From Camelus ferus (taxonomy: Eukaryota): a stretch of 64,000 nucleotides of DNA. A program made the translations under genes and the position numbers. Under the pieces are notes generated by a model. It was given only the letters and a program-made list of their open reading frames with translations. It did no database searches and was not told the origin of the DNA. The DNA lies in NCBI RefSeq assembly GCF_009834535.1, contig NC_045696.1:66466001-66530000 (forward strand). Reading direction: 5' to 3'. Below, in pieces: positions 1 through 13,760 of the stretch. Every line of letters starts with the position of its first letter. Positions within the stretch are counted from its first letter, which is position 1.

Positions 1-1214
1 AGACTATTCTTCCAAAACAGAAGTTAAACTATGGCAATTTCGATGCTTTAAATCTTTTCAGTTCATTCTGGCCAAACTTGCCTCCTGCCCTCCAGCCCCT
101 CACCCTAATTCCTTTCACCCCTTCTCAAGGATGAAGTTCAAACACCTTAATATGTCTTAAGAGGGATTCATGAGGGTGTTCTAAGGCCGATGTAAATGCA
201 GTTTCCTCCACTGGAATATCCTTTTGCCCTATTGTCTGCTCCTTCCCTTCTTCTTGCATCCTCAGCCTGAATAACTCTCATTTGTGCATCTGAACTCAGC
301 CCACATACCAGTTCCTTCAGAAAGCCTTCCAAGGCCTGGAAGCTGAGTTAGGGCTCATGTGCTGGGCTGGCTGACAACTGGTGTTTACTCTTTGTTAACA
401 CATATGGCATCACTTTAAAACTGCACATTTATTGTGTACTTCCTCTATTATAGCTAGCAATTTGAGCACAAAGCCTATGCCTTTGAATTATTTGTGTAAC
501 TCTGCAATGGTTGACATAATAGTTACACACATAGTAGGCCTTCAATAAGTATTAATGGAAAGAGTAAAGGATCTAATTAGTGAATAAAGGATTAATGTCA
601 TGGAGAGCTCTGTAAATTCAAGTTGTATTATCAAGGAGAATTAACATATCAACACCTCCCTAGCCCTTGCCTAACACCCATCACTTCTGTAGTGTAGGGG
701 AGTTTGATCACACTGTGTAACTTTGCAAGTGTTTATTTTTGCTGTTTTTCATTGGGAGACTATGATAGAGCTGTGATAAGCAAAGCAACTTAAAAAAAGT
801 CTTGGCATTTGTGTGGACTTTGCCAGTGCTCAGGCTTTATGCTGGCTTTGTTTTTAGATTTTAATCAACCAGCAGAACCCCTGGCCAAAGTGTTTTGGCA
901 CTGGTTGAATAACCACATTTTTATCAAATGAAAAATGAGTCAGAGTCTATAAATTCATTTCTGGTAATGGTTTAGGAGCATGCTGCTCAAACTTTAGCAG
1001 GCATAAGAATTCTGGAGAGGCCTGGAGTTACTAGTTCTCACCTTCAAAGATAGTTGGGACATGTCTCAATAATTTGCATTTCTTAAGCTCCCAGGTGGAG
1101 TTGATGCTCGGAATTCACAGACCATTGCCTAGCGCTGGTGAGGCAACAATCAAGTTATTTACTGAGAACTTGCAGACACAGTGGGTAGGGAAATATCCTG
1201 CCAAAAGGGTATCC

Positions 1215-1690
1215 AATCAATTCCACAAATATTTATTGAGTACCTACTGGGCCACTGAGTGCCAGTTTACGCATTGGGATTCAGACATAAATATCTACCC
1301 CTTGCTCTGCTTCAAGGGCTCCTGGCATAGAGACAGAAACTAACACTGGGAAGTGAGATTGCAATACATCGTATGGCTGTCGAGATTAATCGTTCAGCTG
1401 TATGAGAGTATAGACGGGTGTGTGAGATGGGCAAAAATAGGAAAGGAAATTTCAGACGAGAGCATCAAAAGCTTTGGATCTCATCTTAGGGAATTTGTGC
1501 ATGCTTGTGTTTGCCAAGGGAAGACAGGATGTTTTGAAAAGGGAATGATACTGTTTCTTGCCACACTGATAACTTCTGATAGGAATATGTATGGCTGCGT
1601 GGAGGGACTGAGGATGGAAACAGAGACTAGTGAAGAGGTGGTTGCAATGGCTCCAGAAAAAGTAACGAGAGGGTAAAGCGGGGGAGTTGC
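1215..1690 (-). mobile_element. LINE-2 (L2) 3' fragment
   Basis: caaatatttattgagtacctactgggccac followed by the purine-rich body typical of antisense L2. Confidence 0.65.
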
Positions 1691-1984
1691 AGTAAAATGT
1701 TAATAAAAGTATATATCCCCCCTCAGGCACAGCAATAGTACTCCTGGGGCTTCCTTACTTCTCAGGAATACTTTAAGGCCCCGTAAAGTCCTTATCAATC
1801 TGCTGTATTGACTCTTTTGAGAAACATCAGTTAAGACGTTGAGGTTTCTCAGTTGATGAAAGACCAATTCTCAGTTGAGAAACATCAAGTCTATTTTGTG
1901 TATTAATGCATTCTCAGCACATAATAATGTTTCTGGCACATATAGGTGGTAAGTAAATATATATTGATTAATTGTCAAACTGGA

Positions 1985-2140
1985 AAAGTCCCTACATATC
2001 ATCTAAACTTATCCCTTCATTATTTGTTCACAAACAGTCAAACAGAGGCCAAAAAAGAGGAACTGACTAAAATCACACATCTGGTTACCAGTCAAACGAG
2101 GACTAGGACCCACATGTCTTGACTTCCAGTCCAGTGCTTT
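1985..2140 (-). mobile_element. MIR SINE fragment
   Basis: aaacagaggccaaaaaagagg...aaaatcacacatctgg...ggactaggacccacatgtcttgacttccagtccagtgct resembles the MIR core. Confidence 0.6.
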
Positions 2141-3084
2141 TTAACATCACACCAAGCACCAATCAGGCTTCTATTAAAATCGATACTGCGTTAGGGATAA
2201 TGAGCTACTCCCATGACCTCACTGTTTTCCGTGCTTATGCCACATGCTGTGGCCTGGCAGGCAGCAACTCATTTAAGTCATCTTCTTCGACTGAGACAAT
2301 AAAATGCGTTTTTCTCCAATCTATATCCCACTTCAAGTGGTTTGTTTTTCTCTATTCCATATTTCCTACAACTTACCACAACTTCATTCCACCTTTCAAA
2401 TGAAGAAAGTAAAGTGGTTTAGCAAGCAGTGACTGCTGAGAGAGATTAAATCCTCAAACAAGATCTTCAGTTAAAAAATGTGTCACATGGAAAATGTACA
2501 AGTGTCTCTCGACCAAACCTTGTAAATGTCTCTGTTATGAATGTTCCTGGTCATGTCCCCAGTTAAGCCCCTCAATAAAGGCATTGTCTTGGCCTCAGAA
2601 TGTACATTCTGGAGAGTACTAGAATTCCCACAGGGAAATTGGTCGGGTTCCTACCATTTACACTTCTCCATCTGTGCAATGCCTTGATGTTATCTGTGCT
2701 TCATGGTCATATAAAGCTTCTTCTGTCTAAGATAAGAAAAAAAACACTGGGTTATAATTCCAAAGTCATAGATGTTGGTTGCTACTCATAGGGTATGTGG
2801 CCTCAAATCCACTTTAACTCTCTGACTTAATTTCCTCATTTGTTAAAGGAAACAGGAATATCTTCCTGATTCACGAGGAACATTTAGGGAGAAAGTGTAT
2901 ATGAAGGTACTTGGAAAGTTCTGATACAGTCATGTTTTTAAACATTTACTAAGAAAAATTAGTGCCCACCTGGATCAATTCTGTATGATCTTATAACCAT
3001 ATTGCAGGGTATGAAGGTAGAAGAATCTTTGCTAGTAACATGTCCAAGGCTTTCTAGTGTCATCAGTTCATATGTTTATATTTC

Positions 3085-5386
3085 CTTCTGATGAAGGTGT
3101 TCAGTGCTATAAATTTCCTTTAAATATTACTTTAGTGGCAATCCTGCAAATTTTGAGGATGGCTTCATTTTCATTCAATTCAAAATCCTTCTTCATTTCC
3201 TTTTTGATTCACATAGGACGTATGTTCTTTGACATATTTAGAAGTGCGTTATTTAATTTCCAAATATAAGGGTTATCCAGATATCTTTCACTGCTTAATA
3301 TCTAATTTTATTCTATTATTGACAGAGAACATACACTGAAGGCTTTGAATTCCTTTAAATTTATTGATGCTCATTTTATGACCCAGGATATAGTGTATCT
3401 TGTTAAGCTTTCTGTGTACCTTAAAAATAACAGGCATTCTGTCCTTGTTGGGTAGAGGGCTCTATACATGTCAGATCCAGTTGGTTGATAGTGTTGGTGT
3501 TGTTTTCTATATATTTACTCACTTTCTATCTGCTTTTTTTTTCTATGGATTATTGGAAGAGGAATGTTAAAATTCAACTAAATGTGAATTTGTCTATTTC
3601 TCTTTGCATTTCCACCAGTATTTTTTCTTCTTTCATTTTGAAGCTCTGTAATTAAGTACATAAATGTACAGAGATGTTGTGTTGTCTTGATTAACGGAAC
3701 CCCTTATCATTATAAAATGGCCTTTATTCTCCCTGATAATATTCTTTGTTCCGAAAAACTTACTTTGCCTGATATTAATATAGCCATTAAAACTTTCTTC
3801 AGATTTAGTATTAGCTTATTATATCTTTTCTTATCATCTTAGTTTTAAACTGTGTTTTTTTTTTTCATTTAAAGTGGGTTTCTTTTAAGCAGCATATAGT
3901 TGGCACTTGCTTTTTATCCAGTTTGATGGTCTCTAACTTTTAATTGGCTGTTGAGACTATTTACATTTAATGTGATTATTGAGGCATTTAGGTTTAAATT
4001 TCCCATCTTGCATTTTTGTTCCCTCTTTGTCTCATCTGTTCTTTGTTCCCTTCCCCTCTTTTCTGCCTTCTTTTGGTATTTATTATGATTCCATATTATC
4101 TCCTTTATTGGCTTGTTAGCTACAAATTTTTGTATTTTTATTCCAGAAGCTTCTTTATCTTATTACAATTTATACTCTCTAGTGATATTACACCACTTTA
4201 TATATAATAATTCTATAAGAACATACCCCCATTTCTCTTCTGCTGACCTTTATGTTATTGCTGTCATAAACATTACTTACACATTTGTTATAAACACCAA
4301 TTACATCGGTACTGTGTTGGTTTAAATAGCTAATTATCTTTTACATAGATTTAAGAGATAATTTTATGAAGTCATACATATTTAATTCATATAATTATCA
4401 TTTCTAGGCTTCTTAATTCCTTTATTTCCATATGCTATTATTTTTTTCTTTCTTCCTAAATGACTTTCTTTAACATTCTTTCTTTGTGCTGGTCTCCTGG
4501 TGATTTTTTTTTTTAAGGCTTTTGTGTATTTCCAAAAAAGCCTTTATTTTGCCTTCATTTTGAATTATATTTTCACTAAACATAGAATTTTAGGTTGACA
4601 ATTTTTTTTCTAAATACTTTCAAAAAGCGCCATCACTGTCTTCTTTGCATTGTTCCCCACAAGAAATTTTCTGTTACCCATCTTTGCTCCTCTGTACATA
4701 CTTCCTCTGGGTTTTAAAAAAGTTTTCTTTTTTATGATTGGTTTTGAGCAATTTAATTATTATGTCCCTTGTGTTAGTTCTTTTCATCATTTTTATGTTT
4801 GAAGTTTACTGGGCTTACAGAATCTCTAAGTTTATAGTTTTCATCAAATTTGAAAAAGGTTGGTTATTTTTTCTGCAAATATTTTCTTTTTTCCATCTGT
4901 ACTTTCCTTCAGGGACTTGAGTTACTTGCAAGTAACTTGGCATTCTAGAACTCACTGATGCTAAGTATTTTTTTTTTTCAATCTTTTTGTTTTTTGCATT
5001 TCATTTTGATAGTTTCTCCATTCTTATGCCTTCAACTCACTAATCTTTCCTTCTATTGTTTCTAATCTGTCATTAATCCAGAGAATGCATTTTTTTTTAT
5101 CTCAGATATTTTAATTCTCATTTGTAGAAATTCGATTTGGATTTTTAAAAAAATATCTTCAATGTCTCTACCTAATATAACCAACATTTCTTCTAGTTTT
5201 TGAACATATAAATAGGATTATAACTATTTTAATGTCCTTGCTGATAATTCTTACACCTGTGACAGTTCTGGGTTGGTTATGACTGATGGATTTTTCTCTT
5301 TATTGTCTATCATATTTTTTGTTTTTTGCATGCCAGGCAATTTTGGCTAGATGCCAGGCATTGTGAAGTTTACATTGCTGAGTGCC
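3085..5386 (-). mobile_element. Ancient L1 (L1M-type), antisense, left part
   Basis: T-rich stretch with degenerate antisense L1 motifs (gtgctataaatttcc, ctttgcctgatattaatatagcc, gtttcttttaagcagcatatagttgg). Interrupted at 5387 by an MLT1. Confidence 0.8.
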
Positions 5387-5815
5387 TGTTACGAGTTGAA
5401 TCATGCTCCTCAAAAAAGAAGTGTTAAAGTCTAATCCCATTACGGCAGAATGTGACCTTTTTTTGGAAAGAAAAAAGAGTCTTTACAGAGGTAATCAAGT
5501 TAAGGTGAAGTCAGTAGGATGGGCCTTAATGCAATGTGACTAGTGTCCCTATAAAAAGAAGAAATTTGGACACAGAAACAGATGTGCACAGAGGGAAGAC
5601 AATGTGAAGACACACAGGGAGAACAGTAAATGAAGACAGAGGACTGGAAAGATGCATCTATGAAACAAGGAACACCTGAGGCCACCAGAGGTGAAGAAAG
5701 AAGCTTGAAATCATTCCTTCTCTAGTATCTTCAGAGGGAGCATGATTCTGATGATACCTTGATTTCAGACGTCTGGCCTCCAGAACAGGGAGACAATAAA
5801 TTCCTGTTGTTTTAA
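5387..5815 (+). mobile_element. MLT1 (ERVL-MaLR) solo LTR, 5' part
   Basis: Starts TGTTACGAGTTGAAT; contains gaatgtgacctttttttggaaa, gacacagaaacagatgtgcacagagggaagac and ttcagacgtctggcctccagaac...aataaattcctgttgttt. Confidence 0.85.
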
Positions 5816-6070
5816 TTTGCATTTCTCTGATAATTAGTGATATTGAGCACCTTTTCATGTGCCTATTGGCTATTTGTATGTCTTCATTGGAGAATTGCTT
5901 GTTTAGGTCTTCTGCCCATTTTTGGATTGGGCTGTTTTGGTTTTTTTTATTAAGTTGTATTAGCTGTTTATATATTCTGGAAATTAAACCTTTGTCACTC
6001 TCATCTTTTGCAAATATTTTCTCCCATTCTGTAGGTTGTCTTTTTGTTTTGCTTGTGGTTTCCTTTGCTG
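5816..6070 (-). mobile_element. Inverted 5' segment of a twin-primed L1 (ORF2 fragment)
   Basis: Minus-strand ORF reads [20 protein letters not shown]...[11 protein letters not shown]...[19 protein letters not shown], which is L1 ORF2p. Confidence 0.9.
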
Positions 6071-6922
6071 AACAAATATCACTAATTATCAGAAAAATGC
6101 AAGTCAAAACTACAATGAAGTATCACCTCACACCAGTCAGAATGGTCATCATTCAAAAGTCCACAAATGAGAAATGCTGGAGAGGGTGTAGATAAAAGGA
6201 AACCCTCCTACACTGCTGGTGGGAATGTAGTTTGGTGCAGCCATTATGGAAAACAGTATGGAGATTCCTCAAAAAACTAAAAATAGACTTACCATATGAT
6301 CCAGAAATCCCACTCCTGGGCATATATCTGGAGGGATCTTTAATTCAAAAAGATACATGCACGCCAATGTTCATAGCAGTGCTATTTACAATAGCCAAGA
6401 CATGGAAACAACCATCAACAGAATACTGGATAAAGAAGTTGTGGTATATTTATATAATGGAATACTACTCAGCCATAAAAAAGAATAAAATAGTGCCATC
6501 TGCAGCAATATGGATGGACCTGGAGATTGTCATTCTGAGTGAAGTAAGCCAGAAAGAGAAAGAAAAATATGATATATCACATATATGTGGAATCTAAAAA
6601 AAAAAAAAAAGACAAAATGAACTTATTTACAAAACATAAACAGACTCACAGACATAGAAAACAAACTTATGGTTACCAGTGGGGGAAGGGAGTGGGAAGA
6701 GATAAATTGGGAGTTTGAGATTTGCAGAAACTACTACATATAAAATAGATAAACAACAATTTTATACTGTATAGCACAGGGAACTATATTTAATGTCTTG
6801 TAGTAACCTATAATGAAAAAAATATGAAAATGATTATATGTATGTATATGTATGACTGGGACACTTTGATGTACACCAGAAATTGACACAACACTGTAAA
6901 CTGACTATACTTCAATTTTAAA
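6071..6922 (+). mobile_element. Non-inverted 3' segment of the same L1 (ORF2 C-terminus and 3' UTR)
   Basis: [23 protein letters not shown]...KCWRGC, then [30 protein letters not shown]...WMDLEIVILSEVSQ, followed by a laurasiatherian-type L1 3' UTR. Confidence 0.93.
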
Positions 6923-6987
6923 AGATTCCTATTGTATTAAGCTACACAGTTTTTGATACTTTGTATGGCAGCTAGGGAATGAATACA
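6923..6987 (+). mobile_element. MLT1 LTR 3' remainder
   Basis: taagctacacagtttttgatactttgtatggcagctagggaatgaataCA continues the MLT1 consensus interrupted at 5815. Confidence 0.8.
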
Positions 6988-7590
6988 CTACTGAATATTT
7001 TTGTATTCTTATAAAGATTTTTTATCTTTTCTCTGGCATGATGTTAAGTTACTTGGAAACCATCTGATCCTCTTAAGCCTTGCTTTTAAGCTTTTCTAAG
7101 ATTGTACAGAATAGTATTTATCCTAGGGCTAATTTTATCCTACTACTAAGACAACACCCTTGTTCTGAGTTCTCTATCCAAATGCTCCATAAATTAGGAG
7201 TTTTTCTTGTCTGGTTGTGTGGGAAGAGGCATTCTTCTTGGCCATCTGTGAGCTCCAAGCACTGTTGCTGCTAATCACTTCATACCTGAGGAAGACTGCA
7301 GATTTCTGGAGTTATCTCTGTGTATGGCAGTCAGCTCTCTGGCACTCTGCCACGTGAACACTGGTGCCTGTATCTTCCCAGGCTTTCAGACTGGCCTCCT
7401 CAGTCATTGAGTCTGTGAGCTTCTCCTGTGCCTCAGCCTAGGAACTCTCTCAAGGCAGTAAGACAGGGCAACTGCAGTGCTCATTGGCTTCTCAGTGATT
7501 TCTTCTCTTTGTTACCTTATGTTCAGTGTGTGGAAAACTACTGTTTCACTTTTTTGTCATTTTGTCCCAAATGTATGTTTATAGTTTACA
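6988..7590 (-). mobile_element. Ancient L1 (L1M-type), antisense, resumed 5' portion
   Basis: gaatatttttgtattcttataaag...gttaagttacttggaaac...ctaagacaacacccttgttctgagttctctatccaaatgc continues the element broken at 5386. Confidence 0.7.
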
Positions 7591-7824
7591 CATCTGATGT
7601 CTGGAAGAATTTCCTTCTCATTGTGTCCTAGATCAATGCATTCCGAAGACTGCTTTGCCTTCTGCTGCTCTGCATTTCATCTGTTGGGTGCTCCGGGATG
7701 CATTTTCCTGACAATATAACCTCTGGCCCTGCATCTTCATGTCACGCTGCTGGATGGGTGGGCTCGGTGGTTGTAGGACTGCTCTGAAAAGTATTCTAGG
7801 GGAGTGTTAGCATTAGCCTACTTT

Positions 7825-8300
7825 TTAGAAAAGCTTTTAATTTTGAAATGGCTTTAAATCTACAAGAAAGTTTCAAAAATAAAAGCGGTAAAAGAGCAAC
7901 TGTATATCCCCTTTACCAGAACTCCCCTATTGCTAATATTTTACTCTATTTTATTTTTTTCATATTTTTTCTTTTTTCCTCTGATTGCTTATGTGCTTGT
8001 TTAGTATGTGGACTCATGAACTCATAGTTATTCAATGGTTTATAATTAATTCCTGTATTTAATTATTTTGGTCATCACATTGTCCACACTCCCTGGGAGC
8101 CCCTTTGAAGCTAGTTCTTATGTCCCCTATACTTTTTTGAGTACTTTTACTCTCTGGACTTACAAGTTCTTCAGCAGGATCACTCTGACATGCCCCGACA
8201 CTGGTACCATCCATAACTTCCGCAGTCCCAACTCCTGTTAGTGGATATGGTATTTGAGACCAAGATCTATGTGCTAGGTGTGCTCATTGCTACTGGTCGG
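7825..8300 (-). mobile_element. L1MC-type 3' end fragments
   Basis: tttaattttgaaatggctttaaatctacaagaaagtttcaaaaata and gtatttgagaccaagatctatgtgctaggtgtgctcattgctactgg. Confidence 0.6.
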
Positions 8301-10044
8301 TAGAACTGAAATCTCTTAACTTAAGTATTTCCGTGCCATGTATATATATTCCACTGAGCTCAAAATAAATGTGTCTCCAACTCAACTTCCCTGTGGCCCC
8401 TTCAAGGCCACACTTCATGAATGGAAGTGTGACAGAAGGAAGTTGGAGTGAAAGGAGAAATTTGTAAACTTTATAACAATATAACACCACAGAGTTACAA
8501 TGCAAGGGCTCCTCCCTAGGCCTCAGGAAGAGTCTGCAGACATTTTCCCCTCATTAGCTCCATGGTAAATCTGCTTCAGTCTATGGAAAAGTTGATTTCA
8601 TCCCTTATTATGGGGAAGGAGGACGGCAATAACAAGAAGCTCCTGCGAAACCAACAAAGCTAGGTTAATCAACTGGGATTTTGTGAAAGATTTTTATTCT
8701 ATCTGTGAATTTCGCTAAGCTCTTCAGCAGCTTTTTACTGTTCACCATCCTGACTTTTCCCTGTGGGCCACTTTTCCTCCCAGTGTTTTATTGACTCTTA
8801 TGTATTCAAAATTACTAAGAGATAGATGACTTGAAATTATTTCATGTCAATCCCATTATGTCCAAGTATGCTTTTATAATGTTTCTGAGCACAGCTTTTG
8901 GGACTAAACAGGCCTCTGAACAATTGTTGAATAACCACAGCTAATTGGAAGTAAGTAGTTCAAGCCCCTGGGTGCCTGGCTAAGATGTCTGTCTCTTTGC
9001 CCTCGACAGCCTTCAAGATGATAAGTGGAACTGGAGGAGAATCCATCCTTCTTTAATGGGAAGGTATTGGCTGTTAGAGTGAAGTGGTCCATGGTATAAT
9101 TAAGGATGAGTCAGGTTCATTCTTGCTTCCCTGGGATTCTGTACACTTTAAAAAATTAACACATAGCTAAACATAACTGTAAGTTTCTATCATTCTATTA
9201 GGAAAGTATTGTAATCCAGGAACGTTATATACAAAGTAAATCTACTTAAATGCTGGAGCACTTTGAAATCACTTATAGATTTTTTCCCTCTGGGAAATTA
9301 AAAGTTATAAAAGTCCTATCTAGAAATCAACATTTGGATCATGAATATACTGACCAGTTGAGGTTAGAAACTGACTGAATATTTATACCATGTGTAATTT
9401 TATGAACATATACTAAAATCTCTGTAATATTATTAACTTCTTAATTGTGCTCATCTAACAATCAATAACATGTAGACTAAAATAAAACTTAAGAACTAGG
9501 AAATTTTCTAGGTAGTCTAAGAGTTTATACATTTTCAGCAGGCAGATTTATCTGTGGAGTTTTTCTTTTTTGTTTTGGGGGTTTTTAAAAAATCTTTTTC
9601 TATGAGTCCTTTATGACACTTATAAAGAATATCAAGGTCAGTTAGACAGTCTATTCCTCAGAGAGGATTTAATTCAGAAGGCAAAAATAAGAGTCATCAG
9701 TTTGAATATCACTCTGCATCCAGAAAAAAGAAATACATAAATCACATGAACTTGCTATGCTTTGAACTCCTGTGTAAAGTCAAATATTAAAATAGTTACA
9801 TTCAATTTAATTATTTGACAAAGCTAACACTCTTATTTTGAAAAATAAAGATATAAAAGCTTAGCCTTTCTCATCTATGAGGGAAATGTCAAAGAACCCA
9901 ACTCCTAAGTGTTTTAGAATTTATATAAAAGTGAATTTTTTTAAAAAAAATCAGTTTGAACTCTGATAGTGACCTGCACAGAGCCTGAATTGCACAGGCA
10001 TCTCTGAAGATTTCCTGATGTCCTCATTAAGAGTTACTAGGGTA

Positions 10045-10208
10045 CTGTGTAGCACAGGGAAATATATACAGGATCTTGTGGTGGCTCACAGCTGAAAGAG
10101 AATGCGACAGTGAATGTATGAATGTTCACGTATAACTGAACAATTGTGCTCTGCACTGGAATTTGACACAACATTGTAAAATGACTGTAACTCAATGCTA
10201 AAAAAAAA
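10045..10208 (+). mobile_element. Short 5'-truncated L1 3' end with poly(A)
   Basis: ctgtgtagcacagggaaatatatac...ttgacacaacattgtaaaatgactgtaactcaat plus an A tail. Degenerate TSD aagagttactagggta (10029-10044) / aagcattaccagggta (10209-10224). Confidence 0.85.
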
Positions 10209-12819
10209 AAGCATTACCAGGGTAGGCAGTGCACTATCACCAAGAGCATTGGCTTCCGCATCGAAGATCATGGGATCAGACCCCTTCTCTGGTACCGATT
10301 ATCTCTGTGGTCTTAAGTACTCTCCTCCAGGAGTCTCAGGGATGCTGTGTATAAAGTGAAGGAGATGAACAGTTTTAGCGCAGGACCTTTAGACTAGCAC
10401 CAGTTCTCAAATTTTTTATTACTGTGCTGAGATGAGAAGAATACAGAAATTGAGAGCAAATATTTAAAACCATTGCACAGCATCCCAACAGCCACTTTAT
10501 TTCTTTTATAAATCTATTAAAACATGGGCCTCTGTTTTGCACATCTTTTTTCTATTAGCTCATTTTAATTTTCTCTTTCTAAAAATATCAATATTTGACT
10601 GATGGGTGGTGGGGTGAAACAACCAACCAAACACTTGGTCCTTTCTGCAGAAAGGCAAATCATCCCCCAAAAGCCTTTTTTGTTCTAATAAATTCTACCA
10701 CTGTATTATTCTAAGAAGTTTCATTAGAAAAACAGCAATTATCTAACTCTCACTTTCCTCTAAAGTAAGCAGTTTATAAGAGCACAGGGAAACACAGCTT
10801 TTGCCAAAGTTCTTGCCATTTGCCAGCCCATTTTGATTATGAAAGGGTGCCTGGGTTAGTCATGTAGTAGCTAATTTGGGCTTGTCCAGACAAAATCAGA
10901 AAATGAATTATGAGGCTGGCTTCAGGGCAAAGCAATGAATAGAACACGTGCTATGTTTCCAGTTGTTTCAGGAGAAAACTTTCTTTAATTCTAGTTCAGG
11001 AAGCAATGCCAAATTTCCAAAGGAATCTACTTGTTAGCGTTTAATGCGCAAATAGTGGAAAGATATTCTCGACTAAGTGAGAGGCCAAGATGCTCACATG
11101 CTTTAGCATTCAACAAATCAAAAACAAATGTACAGATATTTATATGTTTATGATGCCTGCTCTGAAATCCATATAAAATAATCTTATGCCTAGAAAAAGT
11201 GTGTAGACTTCTCATTGACATAGATATTATTTAACAAAAATAATCACCAGACTGGAATTTGAAGACAAATTCTAGCTCCATTTCTGCCAATGACCCTTGA
11301 TCACTTAACTCTCCGGGACATAGGGAAAACACATGTTAAATGAGGAAAGTAAACAGATAAATCTAAAATACCTCCTTTTCTGGTGATCTGTGTTCCAAAA
11401 TGATGTGATTTTCTGCTTCTAAAAGAGAACATTGTATCTTCATTTTTATTAGGCATTAACAAGAGATTGACCTATAAGCCATGAGAAAACCAGAAAGTGT
11501 TTAATATGACAATAAAAAATAGTCCAATCATTTTATTATCAATTCTTTCTAAACTTTGAAGCCTAAAATAAAAATATCTATAATTGGCCCATTTTTGTGA
11601 GTGATGATGATGTTAGTGACCATTGCTCACAGATTGCATGCTCTTTCTCATAGTAGAACTGGGTTCAGGCTGATCCATTTATGTGTCCTTACCTCTTTCT
11701 TTTTTTCCTTTTTGTCATCAACATTTTGGACTGACTCCAACTGTGGGGTGAAACTGGAGCAAAACCACTTACGCTTCTAAAAAAGGATTTGCTCCGAACT
11801 TAGACCTGTTAAGCAAGGTACTTAATACCACTGCACAGGGGCTCTGGATTTGGTCTAGGAGGTGCTGGAGTGTGTTTTTTCCTACCATTCTGATTAGTAC
11901 TATTACTCTCTGGATGATGATATTCTCTTTAGAAAATTCTGAGGTGGACCTATATCACCATCCTCAAATGTCCAAATTACAAAAGCAATAATGATAACAT
12001 ACGTTTTATATATGATTGTCCTTTTAAATGGTTGATTATATTTTATATTAGAAAGAACTAAGAGGTCTTTTTAATACATTTTCAAATTGGTCAATGTCTG
12101 TGGACTGTCAGCATTAGAATTTTGGTAGGGAACTTTTTGCTTCCTTCTCTCGTCAATCTCTCTTCCTTACTTTCTAGATTCTTACTGTGTAGAACCAAGA
12201 ACTGCAGGCTAGAAATCTGTATTTAAAAAAAAAAAAAACTATCCAGTTTATGTTGAGATCACTAGCTTGTGGACCCTCTAATCTAGTTCACCCAGTCATC
12301 TGAAGATTGAATTTCCTATGTGACCTAATGTACGTTCAGTATGAAGTGGGTCTTTACCTCTGCTTGAATACCTCCACTGACAGAGAATGCTTTTCTAAAT
12401 GGCATTGGCCTTTTAGAGAGTAGATACTGAGCAACTGTGTCGTAAATGAATATATCAAGGAAGGAAGGATTACTGGAATGGAATCAAACAATCTCAAACC
12501 AGATTGTACCATCTTTGGATCTGAACTGTTTTTTGTTAGAGGATTCTTTTTCTATAATTTTCACCCATTATTCCTACTCTATGCCATAAATACTTTAAAA
12601 ATAAATGTAAAATTTTGGTTTTATATATATGCTTTTACATTCATTATCTTGGTAAAACATCATAAAGAAATATTCACATTTTACAGAATAGAAAACAGAG
12701 GTTGCTCCAAGAGATTAAAATACATTGCCCAGCATCATACACACCATTCAGTAGTAGGTAATCACATACTGAGCACAGCTAAGATCAGAAGACTGTGATC
12801 TCTCCACTAATAATTAGAA

Positions 12820-13050
12820 CCAATGCATAGGTAGTGTTTACTGCATACCGGGCAGTCGTTTTTTTAAAAGATTTTTATTCATATTAACTCCATGAATCTT
12901 CACAATAACCCTATGAAGTAGAGGCATTATTATTATTTCTCCCTTTACCTATGGGGAAACTAAGACACAATGAGGTTTAAATTAACTTTCCAGATAACTC
13001 AGATGTGAGACCAACTGTACGTTATTAACTTCTAAGCATGCTATATTGTT
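12820..13050 (-). mobile_element. MIR SINE
   Basis: aactccatgaatcttcacaataaccctatgaagtagagg...ggggaaactaagacacaatgaggtttaaattaactttcc. Confidence 0.7.
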
Positions 13051-13342
13051 TCCCAAGCTACACGTATATCGCCTGAGGTGTACAGATAAGGATGTGTTGG
13101 AAAGACAGCCAACTAAACTGTAAATAGTAATAAAATCAAATATTGCATTAGCATTTGTTATCTCTTTCTTAACTGTTTTCAGCTCTCTTAAGACTATTTT
13201 GCTGTTCCCCATCGCCTGATACTCTGCCCAAGGACAATTAATGGGTAAAGATACTTCTGTCAAGTATTTGACTGCATGGGAAATTGGACATTTAGTCCTA
13301 GCAGATAAAGATAGCGCTGCTCTCTAGAAACCAGGGGTCTAC

Positions 13343-13760
13343 TGTTCCAGTTATCCATTGATGCATAACAAACTACCACCAAACACAGTGACTTAAAACA
13401 ATGATGACATTAGTTTTCAAGATTCTGTAGATTGCGCGGGTGCTTATTGTGTCCATCTCATCTGGGCTCACTTGCGTGGTTATATGCAGCTGGCAGGAGG
13501 GTTGGGGGATAGGCTTAGCTGTGATAACTGCAATGCCTGACCTCTCTCTCCACTCGGTATTCCTCGCGGGTTTCTTTACAGCGTGGTAAAGGATTACAAG
13601 AAGTGAGCCCCAGTGCGTGAGCCCTTTCAGGTCTCTGCTTTTTCATATTTGCTGTTTTCTCACTGGCCCGAGAAAGGCATGTGGAGTCCAGAGTTAATAC
13701 AATAAGGGGAAACACAAGGGCAAGATACGTGGAGACAGTACTCGTGGGAACCCGTTATTG
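13343..13760 (-). mobile_element. MLT1 (H/I-like) LTR
   Basis: tgttccagttatccattgatgcataacaaactaccaccaaacacagtgacttaaaacaa...ctggcccgagaaaggcatgtggagtccagag. Confidence 0.7.

Noticed and set aside
5658..6597. ORFs of 149, 112 and 121 aa as independent genes
   Set aside because: They are L1 ORF2p fragments, or their antisense, from a truncated and interrupted retrotransposon.
10878..10897. p53/p63 response element gggcttgtcc-agacaaaatc
   Set aside because: One perfect half-site, but the second lacks the core G; such partial matches are common.
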